Part shown: positions 1-8,097 of the stretch, piece after piece
How the letters are laid out: each line of letters starts with the position of its first letter
Position numbering within the stretch: the first letter of the stretch is position 1
Virus record (IMG/VR): IMGVR_UViG_3300032322_002907
Length of the DNA stretch: 64,000 nt
Strand: one strand, 5' to 3'
DNA from: an uncultured virus (IMG/VR IMGVR_UViG_3300032322_002907)
Taxonomy: Duplodnaviria > Heunggongvirae > Uroviricota > Caudoviricetes
Translations under genes and position numbers: made by a program
The notes under the pieces: model-generated
The model's input: the letters and a program-made list of their open reading frames with translations, nothing else
What the model was told of the DNA's origin: nothing
The model's database searches: none

Positions 1-249
1 AAATGGGAAACATTTGGTATCGTCATGATTGAAGCTATGGCATGCGGAACACCTATAGCGGCATATCCATGTAGAGGACCTAAAGACATAGTATCACAAG
101 GACTAACTGGATATATGAACGACGATCTTTCAATCGCAGTGGATGATTGTTTAAATTTAAACCGAGATGTTGTACTTGAAAAGAGTAAAGAATGGAGTTG
201 GGAGAATGCATGGCGTATTTTTAGGAATAACCTTGTAAAGGTAAACTGA
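1..249 (+). CDS. GT4 glycosyltransferase, C-terminal part (starts upstream of window)
   Basis: Frame open from base 1: KWETFGIVMIEAMACGTP, the GT4 E-x7-E motif. Confidence 0.85.
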   Translation, partial: KWETFGIVMIEAMACGTPIAAYPCRGPKDIVSQGLTGYMNDDLSIAVDDCLNLNRDVVLEKSKEWSWENAWRIFRNNLVKVN

Positions 250-767
250 TGGATCCAATAACTCTAATGGGGACAGTGACAGCCGCCTTTAATGGCTTAA
301 AGGCTGCGGTTAAAGTTGGGCAAGAAATTGAAGGTGTTTATCGACAACTTTCAAAATGGGCTGATGCTGCTGGGCAATTACAACAACTTATAAACAATAG
401 TAAAAATGATTCGGGTGAGAGAAAATTAGGTTTATTTGAAAAGATAGGATTTGGGCAAAGCGAAACAGCCGAAGCATTTGATATTATCATTGCACAACAA
501 AAACTCCGTGAAATGGAAGCAGAAATATATCATATGTTTTACTATGGGGAACTTCAACATCTTGGTGCAGAAGGTTATAGTCAATTTCTTCATTTAAGAA
601 GAGATATACGAGAAAAAAGAGAAAGAATGATTCGTGATCAGGCGATACGGAGAAAGAGATTTATTGAAAATACTTTTTGGGGAATAATTCTTATTATTAC
701 ATTAACAGTTGCAATACGATTTTGTGTATGGTTTTTTGATTTCGGGCGAGATGCAGGAAAGTGGTAA
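249..767 (+). CDS. hypothetical protein with C-terminal transmembrane helix
   Basis: 172-aa ORF, start overlaps upstream stop, hydrophobic C-terminal segment. Confidence 0.65.
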   Translation: MDPITLMGTVTAAFNGLKAAVKVGQEIEGVYRQLSKWADAAGQLQQLINNSKNDSGERKLGLFEKIGFGQSETAEAFDIIIAQQKLREMEAEIYHMFYYGELQHLGAEGYSQFLHLRRDIREKRERMIRDQAIRRKRFIENTFWGIILIITLTVAIRFCVWFFDFGRDAGKW

Positions 768-770
768 ATT

Positions 771-778
771 TATAAATA
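771..778 (+). promoter_or_regulatory. T4-type late promoter for lysis cassette
   Basis: TATAAATA in the intergenic gap before 797; gp55 present in window. Confidence 0.75.
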
Positions 779-796
779 TATCTAAAAGGTACGAGA

Positions 797-1231
797 ATGT
801 GGATATTACAATGGCTACCTAACTGGATTTTTTATGGTATACTTACAATAGGTATACTTGGATTTCTTGTTACCTATTTGTTGAAGTTTATTCCTATTCC
901 TGCGCTGTACATTTACAGAACACCCATACAAATAGTTTCAGTGCTAATGATTGTATTTGGTGTTTATATGGCAGGTTCAATAGCGAACGAAGAATCTTGG
1001 CAGGCAAAAGTAAAAGAAGTTGAAGCAAAGTTAGCTGAAGCAGAAGCTAAGGGGGCGCAGGAGACTGTAAAAATTGTTGAAAAGGTTGTAGTGCAAAAGC
1101 AAGTTATAAAAGAGAGGGGTCAAGACATCGTTAAGTTTGTCGATAGAGAAGTTGTGAAATATGACAACAAATGTGAAATACCTCCACCCTTTGTTGAAGC
1201 ACATAATAAGGCGGCAGAGAAAATACAATGA
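797..1231 (+). CDS. inner-membrane spanin (Rz-like)
   Basis: N-terminal TM helices, coiled-coil, C-terminal Cys; overlaps a lipoprotein gene; next to endolysin. Confidence 0.7.
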   Translation: MWILQWLPNWIFYGILTIGILGFLVTYLLKFIPIPALYIYRTPIQIVSVLMIVFGVYMAGSIANEESWQAKVKEVEAKLAEAEAKGAQETVKIVEKVVVQKQVIKERGQDIVKFVDREVVKYDNKCEIPPPFVEAHNKAAEKIQ

Positions 1232-1491
1232 AATACATTATACTTTCTATGCTGGTGTTTATCACGGGTTGTTCAACACCTGTTCCTATAAAGCCTAAGT
1301 TTCCTCAAGCACCTGCAATGTTATTAGAACCTTGCCTTGAATTAAAAAGATTAGAAAATGATGCAAAATTAAGTGACGTTGCTAAAACTGTATCTGAAAA
1401 TTATGCGTTTTATCATGACTGCTCTTTGAAAAATCGTGCATGGGGGGAGTGGTACAAAGCCCAGAAAAAAATTTTTGAGGATGTAAAATGA
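1228..1491 (+). CDS. outer-membrane spanin lipoprotein (Rz1-like)
   Basis: Lipobox ITGC, Pro-rich linker, two further Cys. Confidence 0.75.
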   Translation: MKYIILSMLVFITGCSTPVPIKPKFPQAPAMLLEPCLELKRLENDAKLSDVAKTVSENYAFYHDCSLKNRAWGEWYKAQKKIFEDVK

Positions 1492-2108
1492 TAACACAAG
1501 AACAATTAAAACAATTACTACCAAAAAATCCTTATGTGCCTCATTGGCATAAGGCACTTGAACAACTATTTCCTGACTATGAAATAAACACACCACAAAG
1601 AATGGCTGCGTTTATAGCTCAGTGCGCTCATGAGTCAGCAGGATTCACTGCATTAGTTGAGAATTTAAACTATCGTTGGCAATCACTTAGAAAAATATTT
1701 CCCAAGTATTTTCCTGATGATGCAATCGCACAAGATTATGCTTCACGCCCAAACAAACAAGAAGCGATAGCAAATAGAATTTATGCAAGTCGTATGGGCA
1801 ACGGAGATGAAGCATCAGGTGATGGTTACCGTTATCGTGGTAGAGGTCTGATTCAACTTACTGGCAGAAGTAATTATACTTGGTTTGCAGCATCACTTGA
1901 AATCACACCTGAAGAAGCATCAGAATATCTAACAACATTCGAAGGTGCTGCACAATCTGCTTGTTGGTTTTGGGAAAGCAATAAACTGAATCAATGGGCA
2001 GACAAAGGTGACATTCTTACATTAACAAAAAGAATCAATGGTGGGACGATAGGTTTAGATGATCGTATTAAACATTACGAACATGCTTTACACGTTCTGG
2101 GGGTATAA
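1488..2108 (+). CDS. GH19 endolysin
   Basis: FIAQCAHES, YRGRGLIQLTGRSNY and RINGG motifs. Confidence 0.93.
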   Translation: MITQEQLKQLLPKNPYVPHWHKALEQLFPDYEINTPQRMAAFIAQCAHESAGFTALVENLNYRWQSLRKIFPKYFPDDAIAQDYASRPNKQEAIANRIYASRMGNGDEASGDGYRYRGRGLIQLTGRSNYTWFAASLEITPEEASEYLTTFEGAAQSACWFWESNKLNQWADKGDILTLTKRINGGTIGLDDRIKHYEHALHVLGV

Positions 2109-2402
2109 ATGGTGAGCGACAGAAAACTCTTTCTTGGGCTTCTCATTTTGTTATTACTTCCTCTTACACTTGCAATATTTGGTGGTGATCGTTTTAGATA
2201 TCCTTGTCAAGATCCTAAAAATTGGGATAAAGAAATGTGTAAGATGCCGTATTGTGATGTAACAAGAACGTGCCCCGAACATATATTCAAAGGTCAACGT
2301 GATCCTAGATTAGGACCACCTGAAACACGTAATCAACCACTAACACAAACTGGACAAACATGTCAAGCATGTCCCCCGCAAGGAGTGAATAATGCAAAAT
2401 AA
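2109..2402 (+). CDS. small membrane-anchored Cys-containing protein
   Basis: N-terminal TM, RYPCQDP...C...C...CP motif. Confidence 0.6.
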   Translation: MVSDRKLFLGLLILLLLPLTLAIFGGDRFRYPCQDPKNWDKEMCKMPYCDVTRTCPEHIFKGQRDPRLGPPETRNQPLTQTGQTCQACPPQGVNNAK

Positions 2403-2844
2403 TACACCATTCGTATATACTGAAGATCAGTTGATGGCAAGATTGAAATTCTTCATTGGAGTTTGTCTTGCGCTAACACTAACAGGTATCGTATTCGTTG
2501 TATTGTATTCAATTATCTTTGTAACACAACCATTGAATGCAATGTCACCAATCGATCAGAAATTCTTTGAGCTAATTGTTCCGATTGCAACATTCCTAAC
2601 AGGCACATTATCGGGTATTATGTTAGCAGGTAGACCAAAAGAAGAACAAGAGGCTATGCTTGCAGCACAAAAGCAAGCAACTGAGTCCTTCAAAACAACA
2701 ATGGAAGAAACAAGGAAGCAAGCACCAGAACCTAGACCTGAAAAGAAAGAGCCAACATTAGGTTTACAATCTGCTGCACAACAACCCGCACCAGGTTTCG
2801 GAGGCAAACTTGCACCACCCCCCGCACCACAACCGGAGATTTAA
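2392..2844 (+). CDS. two-TM membrane protein, holin candidate
   Basis: Two hydrophobic segments; in lysis cassette; AGGAG RBS. Confidence 0.5.
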   Translation: MQNNTPFVYTEDQLMARLKFFIGVCLALTLTGIVFVVLYSIIFVTQPLNAMSPIDQKFFELIVPIATFLTGTLSGIMLAGRPKEEQEAMLAAQKQATESFKTTMEETRKQAPEPRPEKKEPTLGLQSAAQQPAPGFGGKLAPPPAPQPEI

Positions 2845-3093
2845 ATGCCCCCACTATCTAGTATCTTTCAATCGACAGTTAGTGATGATGGTATTAGTAG
2901 TAAACGTGTTGTCACATTTCTTGCATTCATATTTTGCTCGATAGCTTTCTTTGCAAATTTATTTTTTGAATACAAAATCGACACACATTTATTTGACGGG
3001 ATGATGTATATCGCTATCGCAGGATTAGGTGTTACAGTCGCTGAAAGATTTGCACCCAAGGCACCATTGCCCCCACAACCACTTTTAAAGTAG
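2845..3093 (+). CDS. small two-TM protein, holin candidate
   Basis: SSKR followed by two TM segments; in lysis cassette. Confidence 0.5.
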   Translation: MPPLSSIFQSTVSDDGISSKRVVTFLAFIFCSIAFFANLFFEYKIDTHLFDGMMYIAIAGLGVTVAERFAPKAPLPPQPLLK

Positions 3094-3101
3094 GAGTTCA
3101 A

Positions 3102-3317
3102 ATGAAAATTTTCATCACAGCAGCAATTATCGGGTTGATTCCTTTATTAAGTTATCACGGAATTTCATTCGCATCTGAAACCAAAAAGGTATGCGTTGAT
3201 AAGGTAACTAATGATGGGAAGAAAGTCCTAGACAGAGAAGGTAAACCTGTTCAGGAATGCAAAGAAATCAAGGTGCATCAAAAATTAGAGGGCACCAAAG
3301 TGCCCGAGAAGAAGTAA
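3102..3317 (+). CDS. small exported protein with Cys pair
   Basis: Signal peptide ending SFA, AGGAG RBS. Confidence 0.55.
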   Translation: MKIFITAAIIGLIPLLSYHGISFASETKKVCVDKVTNDGKKVLDREGKPVQECKEIKVHQKLEGTKVPEKK

Positions 3318-4139
3318 CTAAGTCCAGAGATATTTTCGAACTTTGACAAGACGAATAAGCATTTCTTCATCTTCAGTTTCGTATTGCGTTTCAATTTCTC
3401 GTAGACGATCAAGGCGGCGCACAGTTTCTTCTCTTTCTTCTTCTGTTTTATCCTCAGCAAAGATAAGTAAGCTATCTTCACGCCGCCTTTCGCACCATTC
3501 AGACCATCCGCTAATATCATAAGGGTCAGGTCTTGCAGGTCTTTGTTCTGTCCACCACTTATACAGAATCAAAGTTTCTTGAGCGCCCTTTGCTTGATAA
3601 GTTGGTTCGCCGTAACCTTCATCGTCAGGTGTTAGTCCCCAACTATCATCATTTTTCAGATTGCTTGCCCATGCAAGATAGTCAAGGCCTGCTTCCTTGT
3701 TTCGATACGTGCGTGTGCGAAACCATCCTGTGCCCCAAAGAGGTACTTTATACTTTTTTCTGGCTTCCTCATCAAAGCGAAAATTAGCGGCGGCAAGTTC
3801 AACCTCGACGAAATTAACCAGTTCGTCGAATAAGCAATGCAACATGCGAGTATCATACTCATGCCATCTATACTTTTTTAGATTTGATGAAAGCGTGTGT
3901 GTTCGTGTGACAAATCTATTTACTAAAGCATACTTAACAGAATAAAGTTTATCGGGAATAAACATCACAGCATTTTGCAAATGATCAAGACCTTCCTCAG
4001 CAATCCAATACCGAATTGGGTGCTTGCTTTCACATTCTACTCTCCACTTTGCCCAACCTTCACTTGTTTCAGCGGGGGGTTTTCCCATTCCGCGAATCCA
4101 ATCTGCAAACTTAGAACATGACCAGTATTTGCTACGCAT
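3318..4139 (-). CDS. hypothetical Trp-rich phage protein
   Basis: Long ORF; start reassigned to MRSKYW, overlapping the upstream stop. Confidence 0.7.
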   Translation of the reverse strand: MRSKYWSCSKFADWIRGMGKPPAETSEGWAKWRVECESKHPIRYWIAEEGLDHLQNAVMFIPDKLYSVKYALVNRFVTRTHTLSSNLKKYRWHEYDTRMLHCLFDELVNFVEVELAAANFRFDEEARKKYKVPLWGTGWFRTRTYRNKEAGLDYLAWASNLKNDDSWGLTPDDEGYGEPTYQAKGAQETLILYKWWTEQRPARPDPYDISGWSEWCERRREDSLLIFAEDKTEEEREETVRRLDRLREIETQYETEDEEMLIRLVKVRKYLWT

Positions 4140-4527
4140 ATTTTTTATATAAAAAGTTGTTGATTTTTTCTTCGATTGAATCTTCAGGAACATCTAAAGA
4201 TTTAGCAAACTCTTCTAGTAAACGTTTCTCTTGATCCGGAGTAGTGATACAATTATGAATTTCCAAATAACCTGCACATTGAGCACGCATGTACGCTTCA
4301 GGTCCGAAACCAAAAACGTTGTACAAGACGTACCGATATGTTCCCTTTTGTTTAATTTCACCATCAAAAATTCGTTGAGCAATTGCACAAAAATAATCTA
4401 GTTGATCTTCCTTTGAAAGAGCATTCCACTTTTCATTGTATCGTGCTTGATCTTCTTCAATCCATTGATTAAATTTATCGCTTATGTCACTCAATTCTTG
4501 CATCGCTTTTTCAGTATCATCATTCAT
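4132..4527 (-). CDS. hypothetical protein
   Basis: 131-aa ORF overlapping both neighbours. Confidence 0.65.
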   Translation of the reverse strand: MNDDTEKAMQELSDISDKFNQWIEEDQARYNEKWNALSKEDQLDYFCAIAQRIFDGEIKQKGTYRYVLYNVFGFGPEAYMRAQCAGYLEIHNCITTPDQEKRLLEEFAKSLDVPEDSIEEKINNFLYKKYA

Positions 4528-4705
4528 TTATAATTTCCGCATCGGTTTTGAGTACAATATTTTTGTAACCTTCAGGTTCACGTGTCCAATAAATGTCCTC
4601 ATCTTCTCCAACGAAGTCAAATATTTTTCCAACGAAGTCACGATACCACATAAGGGAATCTGAACAGCGAGTTATTTTCAACCCTCTACAACAACTCGTT
4701 TCCAT
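4520..4705 (-). CDS. hypothetical protein
   Basis: Short ORF fills the gap in the operon; start uncertain. Confidence 0.55.
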   Translation of the reverse strand: METSCCRGLKITRCSDSLMWYRDFVGKIFDFVGEDEDIYWTREPEGYKNIVLKTDAEIINE

Positions 4706-5022
4706 TCTTCACCCACTTTGATCCATAGACGATTATCTTTTCCAACAGCCATATCGACCCTATTTTCATATTCGACATTATATGGCGTGAAATGAAATCC
4801 ATTACCCGCCTGGGAAGGTTCTTGTTTCTTTATTCCGCCCTGCAAAGATAATGTTGTCGGAGATTCGGGGGCAAGGTGTGAAATTTCTTCTTTTGGTTGT
4901 TCAGGTGCAGCAATGTATTTAGTTTCATGATAGTGTTTTTCAACAACCATTTTTCCCGCCGCAACACCACCAAGAACAGAACCTAATATACCTGCACCTC
5001 TTAAAAATTTACGTCTTTCCAT
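4678..5022 (-). CDS. hypothetical protein with twin-arginine-like N-terminus
   Basis: MERRKFLRGAGILGSVLGGVAAG; GAGG RBS upstream. Confidence 0.6.
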   Translation of the reverse strand: MERRKFLRGAGILGSVLGGVAAGKMVVEKHYHETKYIAAPEQPKEEISHLAPESPTTLSLQGGIKKQEPSQAGNGFHFTPYNVEYENRVDMAVGKDNRLWIKVGEEWKRVVVEG

Positions 5023-5048
5023 AATGATCCTCAATTTGCTTGCATTTT

Positions 5049-5124
5049 TGGTCTCGGACACAGGACTCGAACCTGCACCTTCTACGCCCCAAACGTAGTG
5101 GACTACCTATTATCCCAATCCGAG
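5049..5124 (-). tRNA. tRNA-Pro(TGG)
   Basis: Cloverleaf, GGTTCGAGTCC T-arm, encoded CCA. Confidence 0.92.
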
Positions 5125-5135
5125 AAATCTAATTT

Positions 5136-5209
5136 TGGTGCCCCCACACAGAATCGAACTGCGAACCTCGGATTACAAAACCGATGTTATACCATTTAAC
5201 TATAAGGGC
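5136..5209 (-). tRNA. tRNA-Thr(TGT)
   Basis: Cloverleaf, loop TTTGTAA, CCA. Confidence 0.9.
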
Positions 5210-5217
5210 GTATAATT

Positions 5218-5246
5218 ATTATGACAATAATAAGTTCTTATGTCAA
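5218..5246 (-). promoter_or_regulatory. sigma70-type promoter
   Basis: TTGACA-17nt-CATAAT upstream of tRNA-Thr. Confidence 0.65.
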
Positions 5247-5262
5247 GATATTTATTAACTTT

Positions 5263-5339
5263 TGGAGCGGCTATCCGAATTCGAATCGGAACCTAAACCT
5301 TGGCAAGGTCTCATGCTAACCGTTAAACACCATAGCCGC
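5263..5339 (-). tRNA. tRNA-Gly(GCC)
   Basis: Cloverleaf, U73, CCA. Confidence 0.9.
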
Positions 5340-5343
5340 ATAT

Positions 5344-5421
5344 TGGAGCACAGAGTCGGATTCGAACCGACGGCTTTAGAGTTTTGCAGACTCTTGCATT
5401 GGGCCACTCTGCCATCTGTGC
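5344..5421 (-). tRNA. tRNA-Cys(GCA)
   Basis: Cloverleaf, loop CTGCAAA, CCA. Confidence 0.92.
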
Positions 5422-5431
5422 ATTTATTTAT

Positions 5432-5507
5432 TGGTAGGACCTGAGGGAATCGAACCCCCATCTTCTCGTTCGTAGCAAGATATTCTAGTCCGTTGAACTA
5501 AGGTCCT
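5432..5507 (-). tRNA. tRNA-Arg(ACG)
   Basis: Cloverleaf, loop CTACGAA, CCA. Confidence 0.92.
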
Positions 5508-5508
5508 A

Positions 5509-5582
5509 TGGGGAGAAGCGGGGAATCGAACCCTCTCTAACTGTTTCACAGACAGTCGTGCAACCATTACACTAGCAACTCC
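5509..5582 (-). tRNA. tRNA-His(GTG)
   Basis: G-1:C73, loop CTGTGAA; two U-U mismatches in acceptor stem. Confidence 0.85.
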
Positions 5583-5584
5583 AT

Positions 5585-5660
5585 TGGTCCCGCCTCCTGG
5601 TTATGCTCCAGGCTCTCTGATTCTTCAGACCAGCGCTTTCACTAGATTAGCTTAGGCGGG
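5585..5660 (-). tRNA. tRNA-Phe(GAA), non-canonical T-loop
   Basis: All stems pair, loop CTGAAGA, T-loop AGCATAA, CCA. Confidence 0.8.
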
Positions 5661-5663
5661 TAT

Positions 5664-5737
5664 TGGCGGCGGCACTAGGAGTCGAACCTAGAATAACAGA
5701 ATCAAAATCCGTTGTGATACCATTTCACCATACCGCT
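5664..5737 (-). tRNA. tRNA-Gln(TTG)
   Basis: Cloverleaf, loop TTTTGAT, G73, CCA. Confidence 0.9.
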
Positions 5738-5743
5738 AAATTT

Positions 5744-5823
5744 TGGTGGAGAATATCGGATTCGAACCGATCTGTATTTCCTCATTGCAAGTGAGGTGAC
5801 CACCCCAAGCAGTCCCATTCCCC
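5744..5823 (-). tRNA. tRNA-Ala(TGC)
   Basis: G3:U70 pair, loop CTTGCAA, CCA. Confidence 0.9.
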
Positions 5824-6024
5824 CTATTTCCCATAATATAAACCTTCTTTTAATAAAATCGAATGTGCTCCCATTATCACTATCAGCCCGTTTATTCGTC
5901 TGAATCTGTCCAGACGTCGTAAAATTCATCCTGCATTATAACCTTTTGTAACCACTCTGTTACTTCAGGATCCTCAATGTTTTCATATTGAATTCTCGAA
6001 TTACTTTGTTCAGGTTGCATTATA

Positions 6025-6732
6025 TTACTTTGCCTTTTGATTGTCAATCCATTTTTGTGCTTCAGGTGTTTGCTCTTTTGAAGATACAACTTTTCCGAAG
6101 TGTTTATGTAAAGCATCAAGTTTAGATTTATGTTGTGCTCTTTCTTCTTTAGATGCGCTTGTTATATCGATAGAATTGTCTAGTTCATTAAAGTTGTGAC
6201 CAAACATATCTTTATAATGTGGTTTTGCATTATGCACACCTGTCCACTTTTCTTGACGAATCTTTTCATTCACTTCACGCCCACCTAACTTGCCTCTTAA
6301 AACATTTCTTTCGCGAGAAGTTTTATTATCAGTATGAACATAAAGCATATGTGTTTGATAACCCAAACCCTCAAGATGATCTTTCATTGCTTTAATCTTA
6401 TGAGGGTCATCACCTGTACCATTAATGATTATACCATTTCTTCCATGCAATGACAATGATTTTTTTAGTTCAGTCGTATGTTTCGCTTTTGCACGAAGTA
6501 AATCTCTCTGAGGTTGTTCGCTATCAGGCATTTTTGGATCTAACCCATGTTTTCTCATGGCATGTTCAAGTGCAACGTCAGAATTTATTTCTCGCAATCC
6601 GTGACCTGCTAATGCCTTGTGCATAACAAAATCTTTTCCAGATCCGGGAGAACCTGCCATAAAGACTGCTCGGAAGATGCCTTTATCATTAACACCTTCA
6701 TCTAGTAGAGTAAATTCTTTGAATGAAAACAT
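6025..6732 (-). CDS. P-loop kinase (AAA_33/zeta-toxin-like), putative head-packaged protein
   Basis: FMAGSPGSGKD Walker A, INSD, IINGTG, RERN lid; N-terminus MFSFKEFTLLDE. Confidence 0.8.
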   Translation of the reverse strand: MFSFKEFTLLDEGVNDKGIFRAVFMAGSPGSGKDFVMHKALAGHGLREINSDVALEHAMRKHGLDPKMPDSEQPQRDLLRAKAKHTTELKKSLSLHGRNGIIINGTGDDPHKIKAMKDHLEGLGYQTHMLYVHTDNKTSRERNVLRGKLGGREVNEKIRQEKWTGVHNAKPHYKDMFGHNFNELDNSIDITSASKEERAQHKSKLDALHKHFGKVVSSKEQTPEAQKWIDNQKAK

Positions 6733-6757
6733 AGTAACCTCTTTATTGAGTTACTAT

Positions 6758-6765
6758 TATTTATA
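6758..6765 (-). promoter_or_regulatory. T4-type late promoter
   Basis: TATAAATA 25 nt upstream of the kinase ATG. Confidence 0.75.
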
Positions 6766-6768
6766 ATT

Positions 6769-6843
6769 TGGAGCGGGTAATCGGATTCGAACCGATACGA
6801 GCAGCTTGGAAGGCTGTCATGCTACCGTTAACATCATACCCGC
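6769..6843 (-). tRNA. tRNA-Gly(TCC)
   Basis: Cloverleaf, loop CTTCCAA, CCA. Confidence 0.92.
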
Positions 6844-6844
6844 T

Positions 6845-6920
6845 TGGTGGCGATAGTAGGACTTGAACCTACACAATACACCGTATGAAAGTGCTGTTCT
6901 ACCAATTGAACTATATCGCC
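6845..6920 (-). tRNA. tRNA(CAT), elongator Met (Ile2 not excluded)
   Basis: Cloverleaf, paired 1:72, loop TTCATAC. Confidence 0.85.
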
Positions 6921-6924
6921 AATT

Positions 6925-6999
6925 TGGCGGTCCCATCGGGATTCGAACCCGATCCTGCGCCGTGACAGGGCGCTATACTCGCCGATATACTATGGAACC
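6925..6999 (-). tRNA. tRNA-Asp(GTC)
   Basis: Cloverleaf, G73, CCA. Confidence 0.92.
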
Positions 7000-7004
7000 G
7001 TTAT

Positions 7005-7079
7005 TGGTTGCAGAGGATGGAATCGAACCACCGACCTTCGGCGTATGAGACCGACGAGCTACCCCTGCTCCACTCCGCG
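7005..7079 (-). tRNA. tRNA-fMet(CAT)-like
   Basis: C1xA72 mismatch, CGCGGAG acceptor; anticodon stem TCGGT/GCCGA. Confidence 0.85.
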
Positions 7080-7084
7080 TCTGT

Positions 7085-7219
7085 TTAAACTGTTTCGAAA
7101 TCTTCTTTGCCAACACCACATTCTGGACAAAGCCAATCTGCAGGCAATTCTTCAAAAGGAACTTCACTATGTTCTTCGTGTACATATCCACAAACTACAC
7201 AAACATGTTCGGTATTCAT
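7085..7219 (-). CDS. rubredoxin (44 aa, not in ORF track)
   Basis: Hand translation MNTEHVCVVCGYVHEEHSEVPFEELPADWLCPECGVGKEDFETV; ATGA overlap with rubrerythrin. Confidence 0.9.
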   Translation of the reverse strand: MNTEHVCVVCGYVHEEHSEVPFEELPADWLCPECGVGKEDFETV

Positions 7220-7665
7220 AGACCCTCCAATACTTTTTGGTAAGCGTTTGCATGGCGCTCTTCAACTTTCTTCAGAGCTGCAAAACGTTTTTCTGCAATT
7301 TTTAGAACTCTTTTGAAGTTTTCAGCATGTTCGCGTGATTCATTTGTTTGGTGTTTTGCTTCAAGCATTGCTTGTTCATTGCCTTCAAGTTCTGCTTCTT
7401 CCTCCATACGAGGATACATTTCAGTATACTCATATGTTTCACCATCAATTGCCATACGCAAACAAGTTTCAGTATTGGGCTTGCCGATAAGAAGCTCTAG
7501 GTGTCCCCATGCATGTTTAATTTCTTGATTTGCGGTTTCTTCGAAATGTTTTGCAACATCTTCAAAACCCTCTTCACGGGCAATTTTAGCGAAATAACGA
7601 TACTTAATATGTGCCATTGATTCGCCAGCCAATGCACTCCTTAGGTTTTTCATAGTTACATCCAT
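7216..7665 (-). CDS. rbr: rubrerythrin
   Basis: NLRSALAGESMA...KYRYFAKIAREEG...EIKHA...GETYEYTEMYP...EHA diiron motifs; AAGGAG RBS. Confidence 0.9.
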   Translation of the reverse strand: MDVTMKNLRSALAGESMAHIKYRYFAKIAREEGFEDVAKHFEETANQEIKHAWGHLELLIGKPNTETCLRMAIDGETYEYTEMYPRMEEEAELEGNEQAMLEAKHQTNESREHAENFKRVLKIAEKRFAALKKVEERHANAYQKVLEGL

Positions 7666-7683
7666 AAACATCTCCTTAAAAAT

Positions 7684-7758
7684 TGGCTCCAGTGGCTGGG
7701 ATCGAACCAACGACAAACGGATTAACAGTCCGCTACTCTACCGCTGAGCTACACTGGA
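7684..7758 (-). tRNA. tRNA-Asn(GTT)
   Basis: Cloverleaf, CCA. Confidence 0.93.
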
Positions 7759-7764
7759 ATAAAA

Positions 7765-7840
7765 TGGTACACCGTAGGGGAATCGAACCCCTCTTCCTAC
7801 CGTGAAAGGGTAGTGTCCTAGACCGATAGACGAACGGTGC
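7765..7840 (-). tRNA. tRNA-Glu(TTC)
   Basis: Cloverleaf, CCA. Confidence 0.93.
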
Positions 7841-7846
7841 ATAATT

Positions 7847-7921
7847 TGGTAGGGGCAGAGGGAGTCGAACCCACAACCTCGACGTTAAAAGCATCTTGCT
7901 CTACCATTGAGCTATACCCCC
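7847..7921 (-). tRNA. tRNA-Lys(TTT)
   Basis: Cloverleaf, loop CTTTTAA, CCA. Confidence 0.9.
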
Positions 7922-7927
7922 AAATTT

Positions 7928-8002
7928 TGGTACCGGATACTGGGATTGAACCAGTGACCTCTGCTTTATCAAAACATTGCTCTCCCGCTGAGCTAATCCG
8001 GT
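7928..8002 (-). tRNA. tRNA-Ile(GAT)
   Basis: Cloverleaf, loop TTGATAA, CCA. Confidence 0.88.
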
Positions 8003-8003
8003 A

Positions 8004-8093
8004 TGGTGAGTAGAGAGGGATTCGAACCCCCAACGGTTCCTAAGTAACGGATTTACAGTCCGCCGCGACACTCACCACCTTCGCCGTCTACTC
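8004..8093 (-). tRNA. tRNA-Tyr(GTA)
   Basis: Cloverleaf with long variable region, loop CTGTAAA, CCA. Confidence 0.9.
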
Positions 8094-8097
8094 ATTT

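Noticed and set aside
5892..6020. Small ORF MQPEQSN... after the kinase
   Set aside because: Plausible 42-aa gene but with no motif or clear RBS, so it is left uncalled.
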